Shown here in pieces: positions 1 to 7,804 of a stretch of 64,000 bases of DNA. The notes beneath the pieces are model-generated. The model was not told where the DNA came from. It searched no databases and saw only the letters and a list, made by a program, of their open reading frames with translations. Numbering within the stretch: the stretch's first letter is position 1; the number at the start of each line of letters is the position of its first letter. The stretch comes from an uncultured Hoeflea sp. (GTDB lineage Bacteria; Pseudomonadota; Alphaproteobacteria; Rhizobiales; Rhizobiaceae): NCBI GenBank assembly GCA_964511625.1, contig CAZEJG010000006.1, forward strand, positions 47,897-111,896, given 5' to 3'. The translations under genes were made by a program, and so were the position numbers.

Positions 1-1086
1 ATGGCGAGCATTGCCAATTTCGACAGCGAAATCCAGCAGACGCGCAAGACCGTCGAGGAGATGCGGACCAAGCTCGAACAGTCGGGCGTGGTCCTCGAGA
101 AGCTCGCCGACACCGACAAGAAGATCGGCGACGCCGAGTTCGACATCGAGAACGCGCGCATCGAGGACGTGCTGCGTCAGCAGAAGGTGATGGAGGCCAA
201 CATCGCCGATCTCATCATCGGGCTCGAGGACGCCACCAACGTGTTCGGCACCGAGTTCGAGAGCATGAAGGGCTATTCCGGCTGGGAGAATTTCGTCTCG
301 ATCTTCTCCAAGTCACGGGCACAGCGCATGCGTACCGACCGCGTGCGCAACATGTCGCTCGCGGGCAACCTGCAGGAGCTGCTCGCCAAGTCCGACACCA
401 TCGTCGGCATCCTGAAGGATCAGAAGACGATCCTCGAAAGCCGCTACAAGACCTCCGAGGAGAGCCTCGTGAAGGTGATCGAGCGCCGCAAGGCAACTAT
501 GGCTCGGCTCGAGGAGACGCAGAAGCGCATCGAGGAACTCAATCCGATGCTGCTCGATGTCGAGAACCGGATCGCCGCGTCGACCGACCAGAAGACCCGC
601 GCGGATCTGGAATCCGAGCGCGCGACACTGGCCACCGAATACAACGAGAAGCAGGCCAAGGAGCAGGAGCTTCTGGCCGAGAGCCAGACGCTGGAGCGCT
701 ATACCTCGATGTTCCAGACCTTCGTGGATTCGCTCAACAACCAGATCGCGGCGCAGTCGACGCTGATCAACAAGCTGTCGATCGATACCGAACAGCGCAT
801 TGTGCTCTACAAGTCGCTCGAGGACTCGCTGAAGACGGCGGCCCAGCAGGACGTCGCCCACAAGATCAACACCCTTGGCTCGAAGGTCGATACGGCCGCC
901 GAGGAAACGATGGCGGGCATCGGCGCCGCGGCGCAGAAGCACATCGGCGATCTTCTGGAAATGCACGAGAAGAACATGCTCTCGACGCAGGACATTCAGC
1001 GCCGCAAGAAGCTTGCCGACGATGCTTTCCAGCGCCGCTTCTCCGAGGTGATGGAGAAGCACAACTCCGCCAAATACGTCCAGTAG
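1..1086 (+). CDS. Coiled-coil protein, possibly a remote TelA/YaaN-like (toxic anion resistance family) protein; first gene of an uncharacterised six-gene cluster
   Basis: Codon position 3 is almost uniformly G/C. The 361-aa product has no TM segment or signal peptide. It is dominated by long charged heptad-like helices (KATMARLEETQKRIEELNPMLLDVENRIAAS, ATLATEYNEKQAKEQELLAESQTLERY). The layout (FVSIFSKSRAQ segment, then long helices, then an I-V-L-Y-K segment) resembles TelA/YaaN, but that is unverified. The ATG sits at window position 1, so the true start could lie upstream. Confidence 0.65.
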   Translation: MASIANFDSEIQQTRKTVEEMRTKLEQSGVVLEKLADTDKKIGDAEFDIENARIEDVLRQQKVMEANIADLIIGLEDATNVFGTEFESMKGYSGWENFVSIFSKSRAQRMRTDRVRNMSLAGNLQELLAKSDTIVGILKDQKTILESRYKTSEESLVKVIERRKATMARLEETQKRIEELNPMLLDVENRIAASTDQKTRADLESERATLATEYNEKQAKEQELLAESQTLERYTSMFQTFVDSLNNQIAAQSTLINKLSIDTEQRIVLYKSLEDSLKTAAQQDVAHKINTLGSKVDTAAEETMAGIGAAAQKHIGDLLEMHEKNMLSTQDIQRRKKLADDAFQRRFSEVMEKHNSAKYVQ

Positions 1087-1089
1087 ACG

Positions 1090-2268
1090 ATGGCCAGTCC
1101 GGCATCGGAGACAGGGGGCGTGGCGGCGGATCCGCAGGACGCCGTCGGGACATATTTCTCGGCCATGCGTTCGGCGCTGAAGGGCTTGCGCATCTATCTC
1201 GCCGATGATTCCTCGCCGCTCTACGGTCACGGTCTCGTCGGACAGGTTGTGGCGGAGTACGTCAACCGGCTGTCGGCCAGCTTTTCGGCCTGGGAGAACC
1301 GCATCGCCTTCATGGACCGGTTCCGCATCAACCGGGCGGAAAGCGGCTATCCGCTCTTCCAGAACGTGCTTGAGCTCGAGAACGATCGCGAGACCGCCAG
1401 GGACCGTCTGGCCGCCATTCCGGAAGCAGACGCGATCAAGGCGGAGATGGCTGACTTCATCCTCCGCCACAAGGCGTTTCCCGACCGGATGCAGACGCAG
1501 ATGGCGGAGCGGCTCTATCTCGAAGGGGTGATCGCGGGGGAGGCCTTCAGCCCCTTCGTGCTGCCGGAAACCATCAAGGTCTCGGTCAACCCGAAAACCA
1601 TGCGGCCTTACTACGTGGTTCACTGGGGCGTGTTCGACGGCAGCCAGATCCTGCCGATGGTCTACATGGCGACGATCGAGGATTCCTCCGAACGTATCCG
1701 TGAAATGCTGGTGACCGACCAGGGCAAGCTCGATCCGAAAGTGCGGATCCCGCTGCCGGTCGGCGGGCTTCTGAACCCCGAATTCGCCCGCGCTTTCGAT
1801 GCCTGCGTGGAACGTAACGGCGCCTATTCTCTCTCGCCGGTGACGATCGCGCAGAATATCGACCAGGAGTTCCCCGAGCTCCATCCCAAGCAGCTGCGGC
1901 GCATCGTGCTCGGCCCGTTCTATTCGGCTGGCATCACGGAGAATTCCGGCCGGGTCAACGAGATCCTGTCGCGGGTGCGCAATCCCGATAACGGATGGGT
2001 GCTGACCTGGACCATCCAGGAGGTCTTTTCCAAGGCGGAGCGTCCCGCCAAGAAGGGTCTGTGGAGCTCGACGCCGGCGGCCGAGGAATTCCACATCGAC
2101 ACCGACAATCTCGAGGCGGTGCGACAGGGTGTGAGCGCTTACGAGAAGCATGCGCTGGTGCCGCACGACGCCTATCAGGCGCTCTATGCGGAAGGGGAGG
2201 CTGCGCGCATCTTCGCCGACTACACCGTCCATGTGATTTCGGGCAACCAGGTGATAACGGAGGTTTGA
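1090..2268 (+). CDS. Hypothetical soluble protein (392 aa), no recognisable domain
   Basis: The ATG lies 3 nt after the stop of the upstream gene, suggesting translational coupling. G/C bias at codon position 3 is strong. No TM segment, signal peptide or motif that I recognise. Confidence 0.75.
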   Translation: MASPASETGGVAADPQDAVGTYFSAMRSALKGLRIYLADDSSPLYGHGLVGQVVAEYVNRLSASFSAWENRIAFMDRFRINRAESGYPLFQNVLELENDRETARDRLAAIPEADAIKAEMADFILRHKAFPDRMQTQMAERLYLEGVIAGEAFSPFVLPETIKVSVNPKTMRPYYVVHWGVFDGSQILPMVYMATIEDSSERIREMLVTDQGKLDPKVRIPLPVGGLLNPEFARAFDACVERNGAYSLSPVTIAQNIDQEFPELHPKQLRRIVLGPFYSAGITENSGRVNEILSRVRNPDNGWVLTWTIQEVFSKAERPAKKGLWSSTPAAEEFHIDTDNLEAVRQGVSAYEKHALVPHDAYQALYAEGEAARIFADYTVHVISGNQVITEV

Positions 2269-2272
2269 CGCG

Positions 2273-4186
2273 ATGAGCCAGACCGCGGGACTGACGACGC
2301 TCTCCGAGGAGGAGATCGAGGCCCATCGGCCGACGGCGCAGCAGATGGTCACGCGCATCGTCGTCGTCAGCGCCGACGATGGCGGGTCCAAGACCGCGCT
2401 TGCCGGCACCGGCCGGCGTTTCGTCTCCACCGTCTCGACCGGCGGCATGCGGCGGACACAGGAGGTGGAACTGGCGAAGACGATCGCCGGCCTGCCGCCG
2501 CAGGATCCGCTTCTCTCGATCCCGCAACATGCGCTGCTGTATCGCGCCCGGCGCGGACTGGCCGTGGCGCTGGCGGTGAGCGAGTCCTTTGCCCGGCAGA
2601 CCGATCTCGAAGACCTCAAGTCACGAAATCTCGGCGCCCCGTTGCAGGGCGAGGAGGCACAGCGCTTCCGCGATCTGCTCGGCGCCTCGAGCTATGTCAC
2701 GGCCTTCACTTTTGCCGCCTATCTCCTGCAGACGCTCGAAGGCGAGAGCGAGCCGGCCGAGGCGGGCGAGCCGAAGATCGAGTTCGACACCCCGCAGGAC
2801 GCGTTGAAATCGCTCGTGGCCGGGCTCGACACGGCGATTGCCGGAGCACCGGACGCCACGGTGATGACGGCGCGGGCCCGGGCCTTTGCCCGCGAGGCTA
2901 TCGAGGCGCTTCTGGCGCGGACGGCGCGGTTCGGTGCGCTTGCAGGTTTTGCCCAGTCGCACATCCGGCTCGAGAGCGACAATTTCACCCTCGACGGGTT
3001 CGAGGTGGCACCGGGCCAGCGTCGCAAGCCGCTCGCCATGAGCTTCAAGAAGCCCAACGAGATCGTCGGCAACCATCTGGCCAAGCACCAGGCCATGCGG
3101 CTGTCGCGGATGATCGTCGCCTATGATTTCGAGCGGCAGATGAACCCCTTCGTCGAGCTCGGCGGCTTCCTCTTCACCTTCATCGGCGACGGCGCGCCGG
3201 GCACCGGCAAGACGATCCTCATCCAGATGATGGCGGGGCTGATCAACGAGTACTGCCAGGTGGCGGGCTATCCCTTCCACTACGAGAATTTCGGCGTCGA
3301 CCAGATCTCCTCCTACCAGGGCAAGTCGGGGCAGAACTGCAAGGCCTTCATCGACGCGGTGGTCAATCCGCGGGCGATCGGCTTCGGCACCATCGACGAT
3401 ATCGATCAGGTGGCCGCCAAGCGATCGGACGACCGTGCCTCCTCGGGCCAGCAGGAAGTCACCGCGGTGCTGATGGAAGCCTTTGCGGGTGCGACCACGG
3501 TGGTGCGCGGCAACTGCACTTTCGGCATGTTCTCGAACTATCCGGAGAACGTCGACGACGCGCTCAGGCAGCGCGCGGGCGCCCGCTGGCTGGTCGACGG
3601 TCCGCAGTCGGAAGACGACTATATCGACATCTTCGCGCTGCTGGCCGGCAAGAACCACCAGATTCCGCTGGGCGACCACGAGCTCTACGCAAGCCAGGAA
3701 ATCAAGCGCGCCGTAAAATCGGCCTACGAGGGGCATTCCCGGCCTGACGAAGAGGGGCTGGCTGCCGTCTGGGAGCGCTTCGAGAAGGCGCACGGCGCGC
3801 CGAAGACGCTGCGCGACGTTGGTGTTTACCTGCACATGATCAAGCAGGCCGAGCCGCGCTTCACCGGTCGCGCGATCAAGAACATCACCGATGCGATCAA
3901 GATGCGGGCGATGGACTTCGATCTGCCGGACGACTGGTTCGCGACGCCCGAGCCGTTCCTGCAAAAATCCTACGACGAGAAGCTGGCGATGATTTCCGAA
4001 CTGCGCGAGCCGTTCACGATCGACATGGTGTTGCAGGAGATCAACCGCTATGCCGATTCCGAATTCCGCTACACCGACCGCGCCGACGATGCGGCAGTGA
4101 CCGACATCATCCGTCGCGAGCGCCAGCGCGAGAGGGCGGCGCGCGAGATCGGCGAACTGAAGGAAAAGGGCGCGTGGGGCGTGTGA
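2273..4186 (+). CDS. Classical-clade AAA ATPase with a large unknown N-terminal domain (~290 aa) and a C-terminal helical extension
   Basis: GGAGG lies 9 nt upstream of the ATG, which is 4 nt after the upstream stop. Walker A is GDGAPGTGKT and Walker B is FGTIDDIDQV. The post-Walker-A signature SSYQGKSGQNCKAFIDAV matches the S-x-[YW]-x-G-[EK]-S pattern of the FtsH/Vps4/p97 type. A second region of homology is present: FGMFSNYPENVDDALRQRAGAR. No protease, TM or known substrate-recognition domain is visible. Confidence 0.9.
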   Translation: MSQTAGLTTLSEEEIEAHRPTAQQMVTRIVVVSADDGGSKTALAGTGRRFVSTVSTGGMRRTQEVELAKTIAGLPPQDPLLSIPQHALLYRARRGLAVALAVSESFARQTDLEDLKSRNLGAPLQGEEAQRFRDLLGASSYVTAFTFAAYLLQTLEGESEPAEAGEPKIEFDTPQDALKSLVAGLDTAIAGAPDATVMTARARAFAREAIEALLARTARFGALAGFAQSHIRLESDNFTLDGFEVAPGQRRKPLAMSFKKPNEIVGNHLAKHQAMRLSRMIVAYDFERQMNPFVELGGFLFTFIGDGAPGTGKTILIQMMAGLINEYCQVAGYPFHYENFGVDQISSYQGKSGQNCKAFIDAVVNPRAIGFGTIDDIDQVAAKRSDDRASSGQQEVTAVLMEAFAGATTVVRGNCTFGMFSNYPENVDDALRQRAGARWLVDGPQSEDDYIDIFALLAGKNHQIPLGDHELYASQEIKRAVKSAYEGHSRPDEEGLAAVWERFEKAHGAPKTLRDVGVYLHMIKQAEPRFTGRAIKNITDAIKMRAMDFDLPDDWFATPEPFLQKSYDEKLAMISELREPFTIDMVLQEINRYADSEFRYTDRADDAAVTDIIRRERQRERAAREIGELKEKGAWGV

Positions 4187-4221
4187 CGAATTATGGTGCG
4201 GGTTGCGGCCGTGCTATCCTG

Positions 4222-4247
4222 CCCGCAGCTGTGCGGGGTTCATTTTT
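4222..4247 (+). terminator. Weak hairpin / possible partial terminator between the AAA gene and the phd-like gene
   Basis: CCCGCA (4222-4227) pairs with TGCGGG (4232-4237) across a GCTG loop, followed by GTTCATTTTT. The stem is only 6 bp and the T-run is offset. Confidence 0.35.
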
Positions 4248-4259
4248 CCGGGGTGGACG

Positions 4260-4469
4260 ATGAAGAGTTTCGGAGTGACTGAGGCACGCAAGCGCTGGAG
4301 TGAACTGTTGGCGAAAGTCGAAGGCGGGGACGAGATCCTCATCACCCGCAAGGGCAAGACGATCGCCAGGCTCGTCGCAGCCGGAGCGTCCCCAGAAGAT
4401 ACGCCTGACGATGCAGTGGTCCCGGTGCCGGGCGAAAAATCCGTGCGCGACATGATCGAGGAAGCATAG
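4260..4469 (+). CDS. Phd/YefM-family type II antitoxin-like protein (69 aa), with no adjacent canonical toxin
   Basis: The N-terminus MKSFGVTEARKRWSELLAKVEGGDEILITRKGKTIARLV is the typical Phd/YefM fold signature. The C-terminal tail is acidic and looks disordered. I chose the internal ATG of track ORF 4203-4469 because a GGTGGA lies upstream of it. Confidence 0.7.
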   Translation: MKSFGVTEARKRWSELLAKVEGGDEILITRKGKTIARLVAAGASPEDTPDDAVVPVPGEKSVRDMIEEA

Positions 4470-4557
4470 CGTTGTATTTCACTGCATCGACTGGCGCTGG
4501 CCGCTTCGGCCCCGAATGCCGTGAAGAGGCACTCCTGTCGAGGCCGGACGGTTTGTC

Positions 4558-5859
4558 ATGAAGCTTCTGGAAACATCCCGGCTGATCTTCGGCAGCCTGC
4601 TCAGGGTTGACGCCCCGCATCTGATCGAGCGCTACAACAAGGCGCTGGTGGCCTTCGGTCTGCGACCGACCGAACTCAAGGCCTTCAGGATCGACATGAC
4701 GGGCTACTCGCCCGAGGTGGCGGAGGAACTCGGCGACCAGGCTTATCTCGACCCCAACGGGGTCAACCGGCGCTTCATCATCCTCACCCCGGAACAGGAA
4801 CGGCTGCCGGTGGTGCACACCCAGTTCTCCAACACCGCCGGGCTGATGCACGAGTTCTTCGAGGGCAACCGCCGGGCGATCTCGGCGGTGACCATCAAGG
4901 ATGCCCTGTTCGGAGAGATCGAGGAGCCGGTGGCGATCGTCAACGATATCGAGGACCTGTTGAAGATCAACGAGGTCAGCTTCCGGGTGCTTTCCGCCGA
5001 CGGACTTCTGGTCAAGGCCACCGAATTGCGGATGCTGGTCGACACGCTGACCACGTCGGAGGCCGGCTGGCGCGACGATGCGATGCTGACCCGCATGGTG
5101 GAGCTGGCGCAGTCGACCGGCGACATCAGGCAGAACCCGCTGGTGCCGGACAAGCTCGTCTTCCCGCATCTGTCCTACTGGGCGGGCCATTTCGGCGGCA
5201 TATTCCTGTTCCGCGACGACAACGCGATGACGGTGATCTGCGACCGTTCGGCGCCCGGCTTCCGGCGCTCGCGACCCTGGGAAGTCAGCTATATCGATAT
5301 TGCCGATCACGAGCGGATCTTCGATTTCCTCGCTCGCAGCGGGCGGCTGCAACTGCCGCAGGCCTCCTGGGTGGAAGCATCGGGGCTCTACCTCCATCGC
5401 GCTCTCATGGCGGTGCACGACCTGATCGGACGTACCGCGCCGGACGAAGACATCTCCGCCTCCGATCCCGTCTGGCTCCAGACCTGGATCCAGCGCAACG
5501 CCCGGGCGATCGCCGCCGACGGTCTCTATCCCTTCTTCCAGGAGGCGTTGCGATCGATCGAGACGGGCGGCCATATCCGGATGGCCGACATCGCGCCGGA
5601 CCGCAGGATGCTTCTCGTACGCGCCGCGCCGGACCATCCCGACAAGTGGCTGGTCAACCGGTTGATCGCGCGGCTATCGCCCTTCGATTTCGTCAGCCGG
5701 TTCGTCTTCGACAAGCAGGGCTTTTACGAAACCTACGCCAGCTACCCGGAAAATTACCGGCGGCATGTTGTGGCGCATCTGACGAACACTTACCTTCCCG
5801 ACAAGGCGGCACTCAGGGCGCGCCTTTACGGTATCGATGGAGCCAGAGACGATGCTTGA
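4558..5859 (+). CDS. Hypothetical soluble protein (433 aa), no recognisable domain
   Basis: Long ORF with strong G/C bias at codon position 3. Its 3' end overlaps the start of the next gene. No TM segment or signal peptide, and no motif I recognise. Confidence 0.75.
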   Translation: MKLLETSRLIFGSLLRVDAPHLIERYNKALVAFGLRPTELKAFRIDMTGYSPEVAEELGDQAYLDPNGVNRRFIILTPEQERLPVVHTQFSNTAGLMHEFFEGNRRAISAVTIKDALFGEIEEPVAIVNDIEDLLKINEVSFRVLSADGLLVKATELRMLVDTLTTSEAGWRDDAMLTRMVELAQSTGDIRQNPLVPDKLVFPHLSYWAGHFGGIFLFRDDNAMTVICDRSAPGFRRSRPWEVSYIDIADHERIFDFLARSGRLQLPQASWVEASGLYLHRALMAVHDLIGRTAPDEDISASDPVWLQTWIQRNARAIAADGLYPFFQEALRSIETGGHIRMADIAPDRRMLLVRAAPDHPDKWLVNRLIARLSPFDFVSRFVFDKQGFYETYASYPENYRRHVVAHLTNTYLPDKAALRARLYGIDGARDDA

Positions 5860-6964
5860 TCCGGTGATCGAATTCTTCGCACGGATATTCAACGCCATCG
5901 GCCGCGGGATCGGCTGGCTGATCGCAATGATCCTCTGGCCGTTCATGGCGGTGGGGCGGTGGTACACCAGGCGCGGCTGGCTGGTGCGGGTGCCGATCCT
6001 GATCCTGCTCATTCTTCTCGTGGTCGGATACGGACACTTCATCTGGGTGGCGGAACGCTGGACGAACTACAATCCGGATTATCCGGACAGGTACGAATTT
6101 GCTGCGCGGACAGTCAGTCCGGGGCAAACGCTGGATGCGGCGCAGCCGGGCAAGTGCGCGCCTTCGGCCATCGTACAGGTGACCGGCGACCTGATCGACT
6201 TCAACGTCAACCAGAACACCTGGGTGCCCTCGATGCCGCTGTCGAAGGCCGGGCTCTTCGGTCTCGACTGGAAATACACCCCCTTCCTCGACAACAAGGC
6301 GGCCTTCCAGCTCGGCATCAACCAGGTGATCCGGCGCACGACCGTGGAACTGGTGGACCGGCTGGGGCGCGTGCGCGGCACCTCGCAGATCAACCAGAAC
6401 CTCCAGGATGCGCGTCAGGCGATGGCTTACGATGAGGACGCCTGGTGGCTGACCTTCACGCCGCCCTTCGTCCAGCCTTCGACCCCCGAACGGCAGCGCG
6501 AGGCGCTTCGCGCGCTGACGGCTTTCAACGGGGAACTCGAAAACTGCACCGGCGAATTCGACGCACGCTCCGACAACCTTCTGCAGTTCCTCGACCGCAT
6601 CACCGGCGACATCGGTTCGACCTCCGATATCCTCCGTCAGCAGATGGAGGCGAGCGACGCCGGCTGGTTCGACGTACGCGCCGACGACCGTTTCTGGTTC
6701 ACCTATGGCCAGCTCTACGCCTATTACGGCCTTCTGCGCGCCACCCAGTCCGACTTTGCCGACGTGTACAATGACCGTCGCATCGATATGGTGTGGGACC
6801 GGACGGCGGATCAGCTGCGCGCATCGCTGGACATGACGCCGTTCATCATTTCAAACGGCAACGAAGCAAGCTGGATCATGCCGTCGCATTTGGCGACGAT
6901 GGGCTTCTACGTTCTCAGGGTGCGTTCGAACCTGGTCGAGATGCGCGACATTCTGGACCGATAG
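5837..6964 (+). CDS. Two-TM membrane protein with a large C-terminal domain, DUF2333-like
   Basis: The N-terminus has two hydrophobic helices (GIGWLIAMILWPFMAV and VRVPILILLILLVVGYGHFIWV) separated by an Arg-rich loop (GRWYTRRGWLVR). About 290 aa of soluble domain follow. The DUF2333 assignment is from memory of that family's architecture. An alternative start at ATG 5852 has GGAG 9 nt upstream and an ATGCTTGA overlap with the upstream stop. Confidence 0.75.
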   Translation: MEPETMLDPVIEFFARIFNAIGRGIGWLIAMILWPFMAVGRWYTRRGWLVRVPILILLILLVVGYGHFIWVAERWTNYNPDYPDRYEFAARTVSPGQTLDAAQPGKCAPSAIVQVTGDLIDFNVNQNTWVPSMPLSKAGLFGLDWKYTPFLDNKAAFQLGINQVIRRTTVELVDRLGRVRGTSQINQNLQDARQAMAYDEDAWWLTFTPPFVQPSTPERQREALRALTAFNGELENCTGEFDARSDNLLQFLDRITGDIGSTSDILRQQMEASDAGWFDVRADDRFWFTYGQLYAYYGLLRATQSDFADVYNDRRIDMVWDRTADQLRASLDMTPFIISNGNEASWIMPSHLATMGFYVLRVRSNLVEMRDILDR

Positions 6965-6980
6965 GTCCGGTCAGGCGCAC

Positions 6981-7691
6981 CTACTGGATCAGTCCCAGAC
7001 GCAAGGCCTTGGCGACCAGCTGGGTCCGGTTGACGCAGTCGAGTTTGCGCATCGCCGCGTTCATGTAGGTGTTGATCGTGTGATCCGACAGCGAGAGGAT
7101 CGAGGCGATTTCGCCCGACGTCTTGCCGTTCGCCACCCATTCGAGAACCTCGACTTCGCGCGAGGTGAGCCTGATCGGCAGCGAATCCGTCCGATTTGGC
7201 AGGCGGTCGAAGATGTCGTAGGCGTGCACCGCTATGAGCCCGAGAATGCTGAGCTCGTGGGCGTTCACCTTGTCCCGGTCTCCGGCGAAAGACACGACGC
7301 CGCGTGTGCCGTCGATCTTGTGGACCGGGATCATCGCGCTGGAGCGAATACCGGCTTCAGCCGCGATTTCCCGCAGCTTGAGGTACTGGGCTTCGGAGCG
7401 CCCCTCACGCATGTCCTCGAGGCACCAGGTCTCCGGAGTTGTCGATTTCCGCAGCCGGGCGAAAAGCGGCGACGTGCCCAGAAGCTGGTGACGGTCGTAA
7501 TCGTCGTGAAACCGGCGCGCGTTGGTGAGGCGCACGTTCGGCTTCAGCTGGGTGTCTTCGGGGGAGGGGAGGTCGTATATCGTGAACGTCGACATGCCGA
7601 ATCTGGCAGCGATCCTCTCCAGGAGACCTGCCATTTCGCTCTCCGAGTGGACGTCCTGGAGAAGCTGCAAAAGTTGAACCCGGTCCGGCAT
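6981..7691 (-). CDS. LuxR-family transcription regulator (autoinducer-binding-like domain plus C-terminal HTH), LuxR solo
   Basis: The C-terminal HTH reads LTSREVEVLEWVANGKTSGEIASILSLSDHTINTYMNAAMRKLDCVNRTQLV. The N-terminal ~160 aa has the length and layout of the AHL-binding domain. No luxI-type gene is present in the window. Confidence 0.85.
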   Translation of the reverse strand: MPDRVQLLQLLQDVHSESEMAGLLERIAARFGMSTFTIYDLPSPEDTQLKPNVRLTNARRFHDDYDRHQLLGTSPLFARLRKSTTPETWCLEDMREGRSEAQYLKLREIAAEAGIRSSAMIPVHKIDGTRGVVSFAGDRDKVNAHELSILGLIAVHAYDIFDRLPNRTDSLPIRLTSREVEVLEWVANGKTSGEIASILSLSDHTINTYMNAAMRKLDCVNRTQLVAKALRLGLIQ

Positions 7692-7804
7692 TCGATAACT
7701 GAAATCAAGTTAAGCTGATAAGTTGTCAGGTTCTTCGTTACATCAATCGGCGTCCGGTACCAACGTCGGCGGAGTGTTTTGCGGAGATTTTCATAATCTA
7801 ATGG

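Noticed and set aside
313-2619. 768-aa minus-strand ORF spanning the first three genes of the cluster, together with nested ORFs 215-496, 1955-2530 and 2621-3964.
   Set aside because: This is a typical GC-rich shadow ORF. Its translation is Arg/Gly/Ala/Pro-rich low-complexity text with no motifs. The + strand frames show the near-uniform G/C third-position pattern of real genes, have SD sequences and 3-4-nt coupled junctions, and one of them encodes an unmistakable AAA ATPase.
4470-4557. A hidden small toxin gene downstream of the phd-like antitoxin.
   Set aside because: Only 88 nt separate the antitoxin stop from the next long ORF. No start codon with an SD and an open frame of toxin size exists there on either strand.
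1-6964. Interpreting the six-gene cluster as a horizontally acquired defence or mobile island.
   Set aside because: There is no integrase, transposase, tRNA, direct repeat or obvious compositional or codon-usage break at its visible border. The left border is outside the window, so this is not fully excluded, and no known defence-system signature domains were recognised.
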